Virus record (IMG/VR): IMGVR_UViG_3300030333_002512
Location: 1 to 64,000 of that record
Source of the DNA: a virus
DNA length: 64,000 nucleotides
Strand: one strand, 5' to 3'
Shown: positions 56,397 through 64,000 of the stretch, one piece after another
Numbering within the stretch: the stretch's first letter is position 1
Layout of the letters: each line of letters starts with the position of its first letter
The notes under the pieces: model-generated
What the model was told of the DNA's origin: nothing
Databases searched by the model: none
What the model saw: only the letters and a program-made list of their open reading frames with translations
Position numbers and translations under genes: made by a program

Positions 56397-56825
56397 ATGT
56401 ATGAAGACTTGGATGAATCCATGCGAATCTATGCAAATAGCATAGTGAATGATTCGTATTTGCGTGGTGCAATGTCATTTGGTGCTAAACCGACAATCAG
56501 CATCACGAAGGATAGTAGTCTGAATGTTGGGTATCGTGTGAGGCTTGAGATAAAGTTGAGACATAACATAGAGGATGTCTTGAAAGTAATACAAAGAAAG
56601 TTGCTTCAACTTGAGATTGAATCAACTGTCAAGGAAAGGGAGAGTAGTCATAGGCCAAGGCCTATATTGATAATTAGAGGAATAGACAATTTGGATAAGA
56701 CGATAACTTTCTTGGATGCCACTTGGATACACCAATTCAGTTATTGTCTTGAGGTAGTAAAGTCAGGTGAACATTTGACCCAATCGGGTCTAGACGAAAT
56801 CCTAAGAGAAAAGGAGATGTTGTAA
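56397..56825 (+). CDS. Degenerate LAGLIDADG-like protein
   Basis: GYRVRLEI...GIDNL...GEHLTQSGLDEI resembles single-domain LAGLIDADG proteins. Confidence 0.55.
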   Translation: MYEDLDESMRIYANSIVNDSYLRGAMSFGAKPTISITKDSSLNVGYRVRLEIKLRHNIEDVLKVIQRKLLQLEIESTVKERESSHRPRPILIIRGIDNLDKTITFLDATWIHQFSYCLEVVKSGEHLTQSGLDEILREKEML

Positions 56826-57154
56826 TGCTATGTTCAAGATGCAATAGAAGAGAAGTGCCTCTTACCCTACAAGGTGCTTCTTTGTGTCAAGTATGCAATG
56901 TTGAGGTTGCTCTCTTGAAGAAAGGAGAGACACTAACAGATGAAGAAATTTTAGAATATCATTTGACTGAGGTTTTAGTCAAGGGTTGTAGGGAATGTGG
57001 GGATATGGAATTCGGTTATGAGGCCGGAGTTCAAGAAGAGAATGGATTGAAGTGGTTCGTGATGAAAGTGCATTGCGGAGCATGTAATGAATATTATGAG
57101 GAAATATTGGAAGTGAAAATAGATGAGTCTTTCAAAGGCAGCGAAGAAGAATAG
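56825..57154 (+). CDS. Double Zn-finger protein
   Basis: CSRC, CQVC, CREC, CGAC. Confidence 0.65.
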   Translation: MLCSRCNRREVPLTLQGASLCQVCNVEVALLKKGETLTDEEILEYHLTEVLVKGCRECGDMEFGYEAGVQEENGLKWFVMKVHCGACNEYYEEILEVKIDESFKGSEEE

Positions 57155-57965
57155 AGCAATAATAGTAGTAGGAAAATCAGACAAGGACAAGATGGTCAAG
57201 GCATTGACATTTGTATCCGATGACCCAATTGTTCGTTATGCGAATGAGTATGACATCGAAGACAATTACAGTATCCCTGTCGATAGAGGAATAGTGATTC
57301 AAGAATGCCACTACAAAGCGAAGACAGATAGAATAAAGCAAACCATACTACAGTATGGAGGCCAAGTCGTATTGACATCCGACAATCAGAAGGATGTTCC
57401 AAAGACGTTGTTCTCTTTGTGCGATTTGAAGAGGGCGACCCAAGGCTTGGGTTCTGTTGTTGAAGCACCGAACGCATCACAGATAGAGACATATGAGCAA
57501 GATGTGTTTTCCTTAGTTAAAACATACTTGAAAGAAACACAAAGAGATGAAGTCAGAAAGGTGTTGTGTGTGTCAAAACCACCAGACACACAATTACTTT
57601 CTTGGTTGGTCATGAATATCCATCCTAACAAGTTAGCATTTATTGACGCTAGTGTAAAACGTAGATGGTCTAGTGATTACTTCTATGAATTACTAGCATA
57701 TGTTCATGATGGTAGATTAGCCGGAAGAATCCAAATGCCTAAGCGTGGAAACTATAGTCCGATAACAGGCATATGTAGAAAATTAGGTTTGAGAGAAGAT
57801 AGTTGTCATCTTCTCAAAGACCTTCTTCAAGATGAGAAGTTTAAAGAAGCGGCTAAGAAGAAACTTAACAATGCGGAATGTAGGTTTCTCAAGATTGGAG
57901 AAAAGAGAAGAAGAAAGAAAACAACGCCAATGGAGCCACAGGTTCCCCTAAGTAGGTGGCTCTAA
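57123..57965 (+). CDS. Degenerate clamp-loader (RFC large subunit-like)
   Basis: AAA+-like layout with a decayed P-loop (IVVGKSDKDK); near the RFC small subunit. Confidence 0.45.
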   Translation: MSLSKAAKKNRAIIVVGKSDKDKMVKALTFVSDDPIVRYANEYDIEDNYSIPVDRGIVIQECHYKAKTDRIKQTILQYGGQVVLTSDNQKDVPKTLFSLCDLKRATQGLGSVVEAPNASQIETYEQDVFSLVKTYLKETQRDEVRKVLCVSKPPDTQLLSWLVMNIHPNKLAFIDASVKRRWSSDYFYELLAYVHDGRLAGRIQMPKRGNYSPITGICRKLGLREDSCHLLKDLLQDEKFKEAAKKKLNNAECRFLKIGEKRRRKKTTPMEPQVPLSRWL

Positions 57966-58231
57966 TGGCGGGAAAAAAGAAGAATTATTTTCGAAAGAAA
58001 GTAATGGAAGAGTGGGGAAGAGAAAGGAAGAATCAACCATTCGTAATGAGAGAGTTGAAAAGACACATGAATACCTATCTCAATACTAGTGGTAGAAGAC
58101 ATAGGTTCACTCAAGTTGCAAGCCATACCTTGACGAACCTACTTGCTGCACATCCAAGATTTATGATGGTTGGTTATGAGGCAGATAATGATAGCAGTTT
58201 ATGGCAATATATAGGAGATGAAGAAGAATGA
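57965..58231 (+). CDS. Small basic wHTH-like protein
   Basis: About 88 aa. Confidence 0.5.
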   Translation: MAGKKKNYFRKKVMEEWGRERKNQPFVMRELKRHMNTYLNTSGRRHRFTQVASHTLTNLLAAHPRFMMVGYEADNDSSLWQYIGDEEE

Positions 58232-58443
58232 GTAAGATAGAAGATGAAGTATGTAAGAAAATACAAGATAGAGCAATAATTGGGAAAGCGAAATATGGAG
58301 TAACTATGGAAAGAGAAGACCTAACCTTAGTTGAGTGGTTAAAACATCTACAAGAAGAATTGATGGATGCGGTTGTATATGTTGAGAGAGTGCTAGACAT
58401 CATTGATGTAGATGTAGATGCTCCTGAACCGGAGGATGATTGA
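58228..58443 (+). CDS. MazG-like nucleotide pyrophosphatase-type small protein
   Basis: G..KYG.TM.R.D....WL.H.QEE..D..VY all-alpha motif. Confidence 0.55.
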   Translation: MSKIEDEVCKKIQDRAIIGKAKYGVTMEREDLTLVEWLKHLQEELMDAVVYVERVLDIIDVDVDAPEPEDD

Positions 58444-58740
58444 ATGAAAATTTGGACAAGAAATAATTGTGTTCCATGTGTTAGATTGAAGCAATGGTTG
58501 GCAGAAGCGAAGAGGGATAACAAATACAAATCTGATATCCACACGTTTCTCCATTCAGTTGAGTTCATCAATATAGACGAGGTTCCGGAGGAGATAGGGA
58601 AAGACTACTTGGTTGGGTTAGGCATCAAATCCGTTCCTTGTTTGATTATAGAGTATATGGGTGATACTTACCCACATATTGGATATGAGCCAATAATAGA
58701 AGTCTTAGAAAGAAGCATCTCTCAAAGAGGAGGAATATAA
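58444..58740 (+). CDS. Glutaredoxin/NrdH-like redoxin
   Basis: CVPC, SVP (cis-Pro), IGY. Confidence 0.75.
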   Translation: MKIWTRNNCVPCVRLKQWLAEAKRDNKYKSDIHTFLHSVEFINIDEVPEEIGKDYLVGLGIKSVPCLIIEYMGDTYPHIGYEPIIEVLERSISQRGGI

Positions 58741-58742
58741 AT

Positions 58743-59651
58743 ATGCTATGGACAGAAAAATATAGACCAAATAAATTGAACGATATAGTAGGACAACCAA
58801 GTTTTACGACAGATGCTATTACTTGGGTCAAGAAAGGAAATATGCCCAATGTTATGTTAGGTGGTGTTGCAGGTGTAGGTAAGACCGCTAGTGCTATTGC
58901 TCTAGCAAATGATATGCTTGCAGATGATAAGGAGAATAACTTCTTTGAAATCAATGCATCAGATGATAGGAAACTAGAAACTGTTAGGACAAGAATCAAG
59001 GAGATTGCTTCTACTAGTAAGATAGGCGATGTTCCATTCAAGATTATTTTATTGGATGAAATGGATGGTATGACTAAAGATGCACAGAATGCACTCAAGA
59101 GGATAATGGAAAGGTATGCAGATAATTGTCGATTCATCATTACTGCTAACGATACTTGGAAAATTATCTCTCCTTTGTTGTCAAGGTGTGCAGTTTATTA
59201 CTTCAACAAGATTGATGATGAAACGATGAAGATTGTATTGTCAACTATCCTTGAAAATGAGGGTGTAGTGGTTCCCGAAACCTCCTTAGAAACCTTCATA
59301 TCCTACCTTCAGGGTGATTTGAGGCGAGGCATCACCGAATTACAGGCATCGGTAGCAAGCGGGAGAAATCTAGAAACTGTCATAGACAATCACCTTGAGC
59401 CTTACACCCGAATATTACAATTGATTGCCGATAATGACTATACTAATGCGCTTAATGGGGTTCATAATTTGATTCACAAGTCTACTGATATGAGAACTGT
59501 ATGCAATAATTTGCATGATGTTATTCTCAAAACAGATATGGCGGGAAGCAATAAATTCAAACTGCTTCGTATTGTCGGAGAAGCCGAGTGGAGGAGCAGT
59601 AATATGACTCCAAAGGTATTGGCTTCTTGGATGATAGGACAGATGGTGTAG
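58743..59651 (+). CDS. rfcS: Replication factor C small subunit
   Basis: WTEKYRP, GVAGVGKT, INASDDR, LLDEMD, SRC, GDLR. Confidence 0.93.
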   Translation: MLWTEKYRPNKLNDIVGQPSFTTDAITWVKKGNMPNVMLGGVAGVGKTASAIALANDMLADDKENNFFEINASDDRKLETVRTRIKEIASTSKIGDVPFKIILLDEMDGMTKDAQNALKRIMERYADNCRFIITANDTWKIISPLLSRCAVYYFNKIDDETMKIVLSTILENEGVVVPETSLETFISYLQGDLRRGITELQASVASGRNLETVIDNHLEPYTRILQLIADNDYTNALNGVHNLIHKSTDMRTVCNNLHDVILKTDMAGSNKFKLLRIVGEAEWRSSNMTPKVLASWMIGQMV

Positions 59652-59733
59652 ATGGGTGGAGCAGAAATATTGGTGATTTTTGTGATATGGAGATTAGTGT
59701 ATAAGATGATGGATAATACAAGGAGATTTTGAA

Positions 59734-59934
59734 ATGGTAGAGAAATTTATTGATATTTGCATATTCTGTGAGTCAGAAGCGGATTCTGACCCTGCAATGT
59801 GCTACAACTGTAAAGACTATGATGGAATAATTAAAGTCAAAGAAGAAGATTGGAATAACGAAGAATTAACACTTCAACAAATAATAGATAGAAATGGTGA
59901 TATGAATGGTGAGGAAAATATTAGACTACAATGA
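59734..59934 (+). CDS. Small Zn-finger protein
   Basis: CIFC...CYNC. Confidence 0.5.
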   Translation: MVEKFIDICIFCESEADSDPAMCYNCKDYDGIIKVKEEDWNNEELTLQQIIDRNGDMNGEENIRLQ

Positions 59935-60169
59935 TGATGGACAGATAGACGCTAAGGATTTTAGAGATATAATTCTACGCTATCAGTATAATATCATACT
60001 ATTCGGGGGCTTGCTCCTGATAATACTTCCAGTGTTGAATATGCTGGAATACATAAAATTAGACTCCGACCTATTCTGGATTTTGGCAGGTGTTGTCATA
60101 TGTGCAGAAGTGGTTTTGGAGCAACAAAAAGAAAAAGGAAGGAATGAAAATGAAGAAAGAAATGAATGA
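59906..60169 (+). CDS. Membrane protein with EF-hand-like Ca-binding loop
   Basis: DYNDDGQIDAKD plus two TM helices. Confidence 0.6.
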   Translation: MVRKILDYNDDGQIDAKDFRDIILRYQYNIILFGGLLLIILPVLNMLEYIKLDSDLFWILAGVVICAEVVLEQQKEKGRNENEERNE

Positions 60170-61391
60170 TGAGATTGTGAAAGCAGCAGAAAAACTTGGT
60201 ATGTCTGAAGAAGACGCACTTGCTAAGTATCAGGAAATATGTGATAAGAATGGATTAAGCCCCGATTCTGATGACGATTACCTGTTAGCAAGGGGTCTTT
60301 GGAGAACATACTTCTCTAACACGATGAATGTTAGGAAGAGAAACAACCCCACACCGGAAGATGGGGATAACGGTGGAGGCTCGTTCTTTAAGCAAGCCTC
60401 CGGCTTTTTCTGTTCGTTAGAGGAGGCTAGAGATATGATGGCCCTTCAGCGAGACAGAATAGTTGCTGAGTATAATAGGGATAGTGACAACACTTTCGCC
60501 TATGGAAAGGTAGCACTGTTCTCTTCGATAGATGACGGCAAGTTTGAAGGAAGGCTGATGAAGAATGGTGAGGAGGTTCTACATGTATTTGAGAAACTTC
60601 CTGATAATCATGTTGAGATGGATGACGGTCAGTATCTAGTGCCATTAGACACTAACGATGCTGATTGGAATAAGGCTCGATATGGTAAGCCACTTCCGAA
60701 GTCAGAATGGAGAAGGAGTGGTGTCTTTATTGGAACCGTTAATGGTAACATGGGCAAATACTTCTTCGACTACAAAGGGGTAGCAGCAAAGGACTTCCAA
60801 CCGGAAACCTTTGAGTTTGTTCACTTCACTTGTATCCTGAACAGTAATGATGGGTCAAGGATTCACGGTGCGAAGATGCGAACCCTAGAGAGTCTGTTGA
60901 TTAATTCAGAACTAGAGGATGACCATGCTTCAAAGATTGATACATCTGAGATTAACATGATGGATGCAATGGCTGAGTATTCCGAGGCTAACATGTGTCC
61001 ACTTATCGAGTTGGAAAGATACCACAACGAGGTTGAGGGTCGCGGCTATAACGATAAGTTCGTGTTTACAGATGGTGTTGTCACAACCTTGAACATGAAT
61101 AAGACAAAGAACGGAAACAGGATTCTAGTATTAGATGACCTAGAGACAGACTTCGCATATGGAGATGGCCCTAGCGGAATCACATGCTGGATACCTGAGA
61201 GAGTGAACATTGAGTTTGGCATTGGGTCAAGCGTTGTTGTAGTAGGAAGAACCGCACAGTCCACAGATGATGAGGGCGAACTTCAACCTATCACTATCAA
61301 CGTGAGTGGTCTTCTAACCCTAAAGGCTAGAGGCGGCGCACCTGATGACATTGACCACAATGAGGAAGAATCCGAGTGGTTCTTTGATTGA
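60150..61391 (+). CDS. RPA-like OB-fold ssDNA-binding protein
   Basis: C-terminal OB-fold (GVV...ILVLDD...ITCW...GSSVVVVG) and acidic-aromatic tail EESEWFFD. Confidence 0.6.
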   Translation: MKKEMNDEIVKAAEKLGMSEEDALAKYQEICDKNGLSPDSDDDYLLARGLWRTYFSNTMNVRKRNNPTPEDGDNGGGSFFKQASGFFCSLEEARDMMALQRDRIVAEYNRDSDNTFAYGKVALFSSIDDGKFEGRLMKNGEEVLHVFEKLPDNHVEMDDGQYLVPLDTNDADWNKARYGKPLPKSEWRRSGVFIGTVNGNMGKYFFDYKGVAAKDFQPETFEFVHFTCILNSNDGSRIHGAKMRTLESLLINSELEDDHASKIDTSEINMMDAMAEYSEANMCPLIELERYHNEVEGRGYNDKFVFTDGVVTTLNMNKTKNGNRILVLDDLETDFAYGDGPSGITCWIPERVNIEFGIGSSVVVVGRTAQSTDDEGELQPITINVSGLLTLKARGGAPDDIDHNEEESEWFFD

Positions 61392-61400
61392 GGGGATACT

Positions 61401-61673
61401 GTGTCTAAAGGATACTACAATTCCTTTAGGGTAAGTCAGGATGTCATTCATGGTGGCAGTTATGCCATAAGATTCTCCAATGTGGATTTTATCACTTGGA
61501 AAAAGAATTTTGAAACTGGTGAATATTGGGTCAAACTCCATACCATGTCCGGTAAGGAGATTAGACTCAAGGTGAATCATCAGGGCTTGAATGACATCTT
61601 GACAACATGGGGCAACCCTTCGGTTGAATATTATGAAGATATGAGGAATGAAAATGAGTTGGAATACGAATAA
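61401..61673 (+). CDS. Hypothetical protein
   Basis: GTG start with GAGGGG RBS. Confidence 0.55.
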   Translation: MSKGYYNSFRVSQDVIHGGSYAIRFSNVDFITWKKNFETGEYWVKLHTMSGKEIRLKVNHQGLNDILTTWGNPSVEYYEDMRNENELEYE

Positions 61674-62556
61674 GAAAGAAGAAAAAAAGCGAATGTCTTT
61701 TGAGGAAAGAAAGAAGTTGATGCTGAAATTAGCAGAAGAACGCTACAAGCGAGACATTTCTTACATCCTATGTGGGATTTATGCCCACCCAAAAGAATGT
61801 AAATCGGGGTCGGCAATTGATTGTCGCACCGATGAGGAGATAGAAAAAGGAATGGAAGTCCACATACTAGATTTGGATGATGGTTGCACACCAACCGTCA
61901 AGGCAAATTGGCCGGATGACCCTAATATCCATATTCATATGCCTAACGTATGGAGGGCAAATGGAACTCCTGATTGGGAGGAGACTTTTGAAAACTGTCT
62001 TGCTGCAATCAGCATCATCCAAGATGCAGTTGCTACAGGTAATGTAAAGGCAGTAATCTTTGATGGTGTAGATAAACTGCTTGAGGGTTCAAGCACTATA
62101 CTGAGGGAGTCACTTGTCAACATGAATCAGGATAGGATAAAGGTGCAACAGGCTACTGCTAATCTGAAGGTTAAGGGTCTGCAATGGAAGATTAGGAATG
62201 ACATCTATGATATGGTTTTGAATCCTATCATAGCATTGGATTGTCATAGGTTCATTATTACCCACCTAAAGGCTGACTATGACGGTATAGGAGTTCCTAT
62301 TGCAGTAGGCTATTCTCCGGATTGGTATAAGACAACGCCACATAAGTTATTGCAAATGGTTGGTCTGAGAAAAGAGAAGAGAGGTAGGGATATCTATTAC
62401 ATCGCTACACTAGAATCTTGTAAGGAAAATCCGAAAGCAGTTGGTAAGGAGTGGGTTGTCTTTATTGATAAGCATGAAGGCGAGAATGAATGGTTTGGAA
62501 TCCAAGATTTCAAAGACGGAAGATTCTCTTCCCCTGATGAAGAGGGAGGGAATTGA
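61654..62556 (+). CDS. RecA/AAA_24-like (Sak4/RadA-type) ATPase
   Basis: Variant Walker A (AHPKECKS), ILDLDDG, VIFDG, IITH. Confidence 0.6.
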   Translation: MSWNTNKKEEKKRMSFEERKKLMLKLAEERYKRDISYILCGIYAHPKECKSGSAIDCRTDEEIEKGMEVHILDLDDGCTPTVKANWPDDPNIHIHMPNVWRANGTPDWEETFENCLAAISIIQDAVATGNVKAVIFDGVDKLLEGSSTILRESLVNMNQDRIKVQQATANLKVKGLQWKIRNDIYDMVLNPIIALDCHRFIITHLKADYDGIGVPIAVGYSPDWYKTTPHKLLQMVGLRKEKRGRDIYYIATLESCKENPKAVGKEWVVFIDKHEGENEWFGIQDFKDGRFSSPDEEGGN

Positions 62557-62831
62557 TAGTGGTATCAAGGGGGCCAAATTCTGACCCCTTGATACCCTAC
62601 ATCAAAAGGGATTTCAAGGGTCAATTCCGTTCTCCTAAATGTCCTAGATGTGGGGAGAGAATGCAATTCATTAGGGATGGAGGTTCTATTCCTATGTGGA
62701 AATGTGATGAGGACAAACTAGTATTGAGTTGCTCGCATCATTTGAACAACGCATTAACAGGTGCTTGGAAGAAACTACACATTTCTAATGAAGGTGAAAC
62801 CTCAGTAGTTGATGGGGCAGGTTGGTTGTAA
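62553..62831 (+). CDS. Zn-ribbon protein
   Basis: CPRCG...WKC. Confidence 0.5.
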   Translation: MIVVSRGPNSDPLIPYIKRDFKGQFRSPKCPRCGERMQFIRDGGSIPMWKCDEDKLVLSCSHHLNNALTGAWKKLHISNEGETSVVDGAGWL

Positions 62832-63265
62832 TGGTTGAACGTGATATCAATGAAGCAATAGATAGGCAATATCTGAGTGCAGCAGATAGAAGGTATGCAC
62901 AAAAGATGCTAAGGGAATCTATGCGACATAGAAGGGGTAAGCAAGAAGAACCTGATATCATGGCAGAATTCGAAAAAGGAATCGAGGATGGAACAATACT
63001 CCCTGATGTTAAATTCAGGGATTTCGTAAAAAGAAGGAAAGAAGAAATCAAGGCTGGCATTAATGTCGATAGTGTGACATGTGCCGCTTGTGAGACAAAA
63101 GATGCTAAGTTCATAGTTGAAGACTTAGCAGTAGGAACAAGGGGTTTTTGTTCGGAAGAACACTACGCCCTATTTGTTGGATTACCTAGAAAGCCGGAAG
63201 GCTATTATGGGTTCATAAAAATTGGTGAAGAAAATGAGAATAACAATAGAGAAGAAGCAAATTAG
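62831..63265 (+). CDS. Hypothetical protein with C-terminal Zn finger
   Basis: CAAC...FCSEEH. Confidence 0.55.
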   Translation: MVERDINEAIDRQYLSAADRRYAQKMLRESMRHRRGKQEEPDIMAEFEKGIEDGTILPDVKFRDFVKRRKEEIKAGINVDSVTCAACETKDAKFIVEDLAVGTRGFCSEEHYALFVGLPRKPEGYYGFIKIGEENENNNREEAN

Positions 63266-64000
63266 TGAAATGTTGGAAGCAGTTGCTCTTAAGGGCAAAT
63301 ACTACGATGGCGATTCTGCAAAGAATAGTAGCCTATCGAACTATGCGTATATTACATACAACGAACCGTATCTGTTAGTCTATAACGCAGATGCCTCAAC
63401 AGTATGTGCCTATAGGCATAGGTTAGATGCTGAGGCTACAGACGTTGATGGTGTAGTCCTTGAGATTGATAGAACCGTGAAATACCTCAAGGGGTTTAGT
63501 GGTGAAGTAGACATAGAGTTTGGTGACTACATTAGCATCAAGAGCGATACGTCTAATGCTAATCTACCAAAGATAGTGTCTCATCCAAGTCAGGCGATGA
63601 TAGACAAGTTTAGGCAATTCCTAGCAGACAATGCTGAGAATTTCCAAAACAATGTGATACCGAAGTTTGGGGATAAGTCCTTTGAGACTAAGGTGACAGT
63701 TTTGGCAGATGACTTGTTGAAGGCTACCAAAGGCTGCGATGCCTTGAATCTAGCAAGATACAAGTTCAACATCTTCATTGCAGGTAACCCCATAGATGAT
63801 AGGGATGGGCCTCTTACAGAAGAGAACGCCTTTACTATGAGTAGCGACAATGGATTGGCAAATCAGTTCCATACCTTTGTTGAGTGCATAGACATAGAGG
63901 GGGAAGAAAGCACTGTAGAATTCACAGGGCAGTTTGCTCAATTTTTGAGTGGCCCTGTGGAAATCTATCTTAGAGATGATTTCCCTATCTTTTGGAAGAC
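63234..64000 (+). CDS. PCNA-like sliding clamp (truncated by the window end)
   Basis: Hand-translated MRITIEKKQISEMLEAV...EIYLRDDFPIFWK; over 255 aa, two alpha/beta repeats, C-terminal Y-x3-D-x-P clamp pattern; GGTGA RBS; RFC nearby. Confidence 0.65.
   Translation, partial: MRITIEKKQISEMLEAVALKGKYYDGDSAKNSSLSNYAYITYNEPYLLVYNADASTVCAYRHRLDAEATDVDGVVLEIDRTVKYLKGFSGEVDIEFGDYISIKSDTSNANLPKIVSHPSQAMIDKFRQFLADNAENFQNNVIPKFGDKSFETKVTVLADDLLKATKGCDALNLARYKFNIFIAGNPIDDRDGPLTEENAFTMSSDNGLANQFHTFVECIDIEGEESTVEFTGQFAQFLSGPVEIYLRDDFPIFWK

Noticed and set aside
1-64000. Integrated provirus or cellular chromosome
   Set aside because: No integrase, att site, rRNA or housekeeping operon; both window ends fall within viral genes.

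Overview
A 64-kb slice of a tailed (HK97-fold) archaeal dsDNA virus, most like the magroviruses of Marine Group II (Poseidoniales). This host assignment is inferred from GGTGA/GGAGG ribosome-binding sites, TFB, RFC, PCNA, RPA-like and ATP-dependent ligase genes, and a non-halophilic proteome. The left arm (1-38.4 kb, minus strand) is the morphogenesis module: tail tube, neck proteins, MCP, prohead protease/scaffold, portal and terminase. It also holds a small Ras/Arf-like GTPase with membrane proteins, a second DNA ligase, and about 20 proteins sharing a short W-x-x-[IVLT]-[LVI]-K peptide that looks like a capsid-packaging signal. At 35.0-38.5 kb is an array of gene cassettes separated by six copies of a nested palindrome (ACAAAGT-n-ACCATATGGT-n-ACTTTGT). 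A divergent 1.3-kb non-coding region follows, with iteron-like repeats and a probable large structured RNA. The right arm (39.7-64 kb, plus strand) is the replication/early module: UvrD helicase, pyrimidine-dimer glycosylase, class II RNR, TFB, PC4, ligase, RFC, RPA, AAA ATPase and PCNA. It contains the best candidate for a new system: a virus-encoded ubiquitin-like conjugation pathway (Ubl ending GG-C, E1/ThiF, JAB protease and a possible E2-like protein). All calls are from motif reading by eye; no database searches were run.
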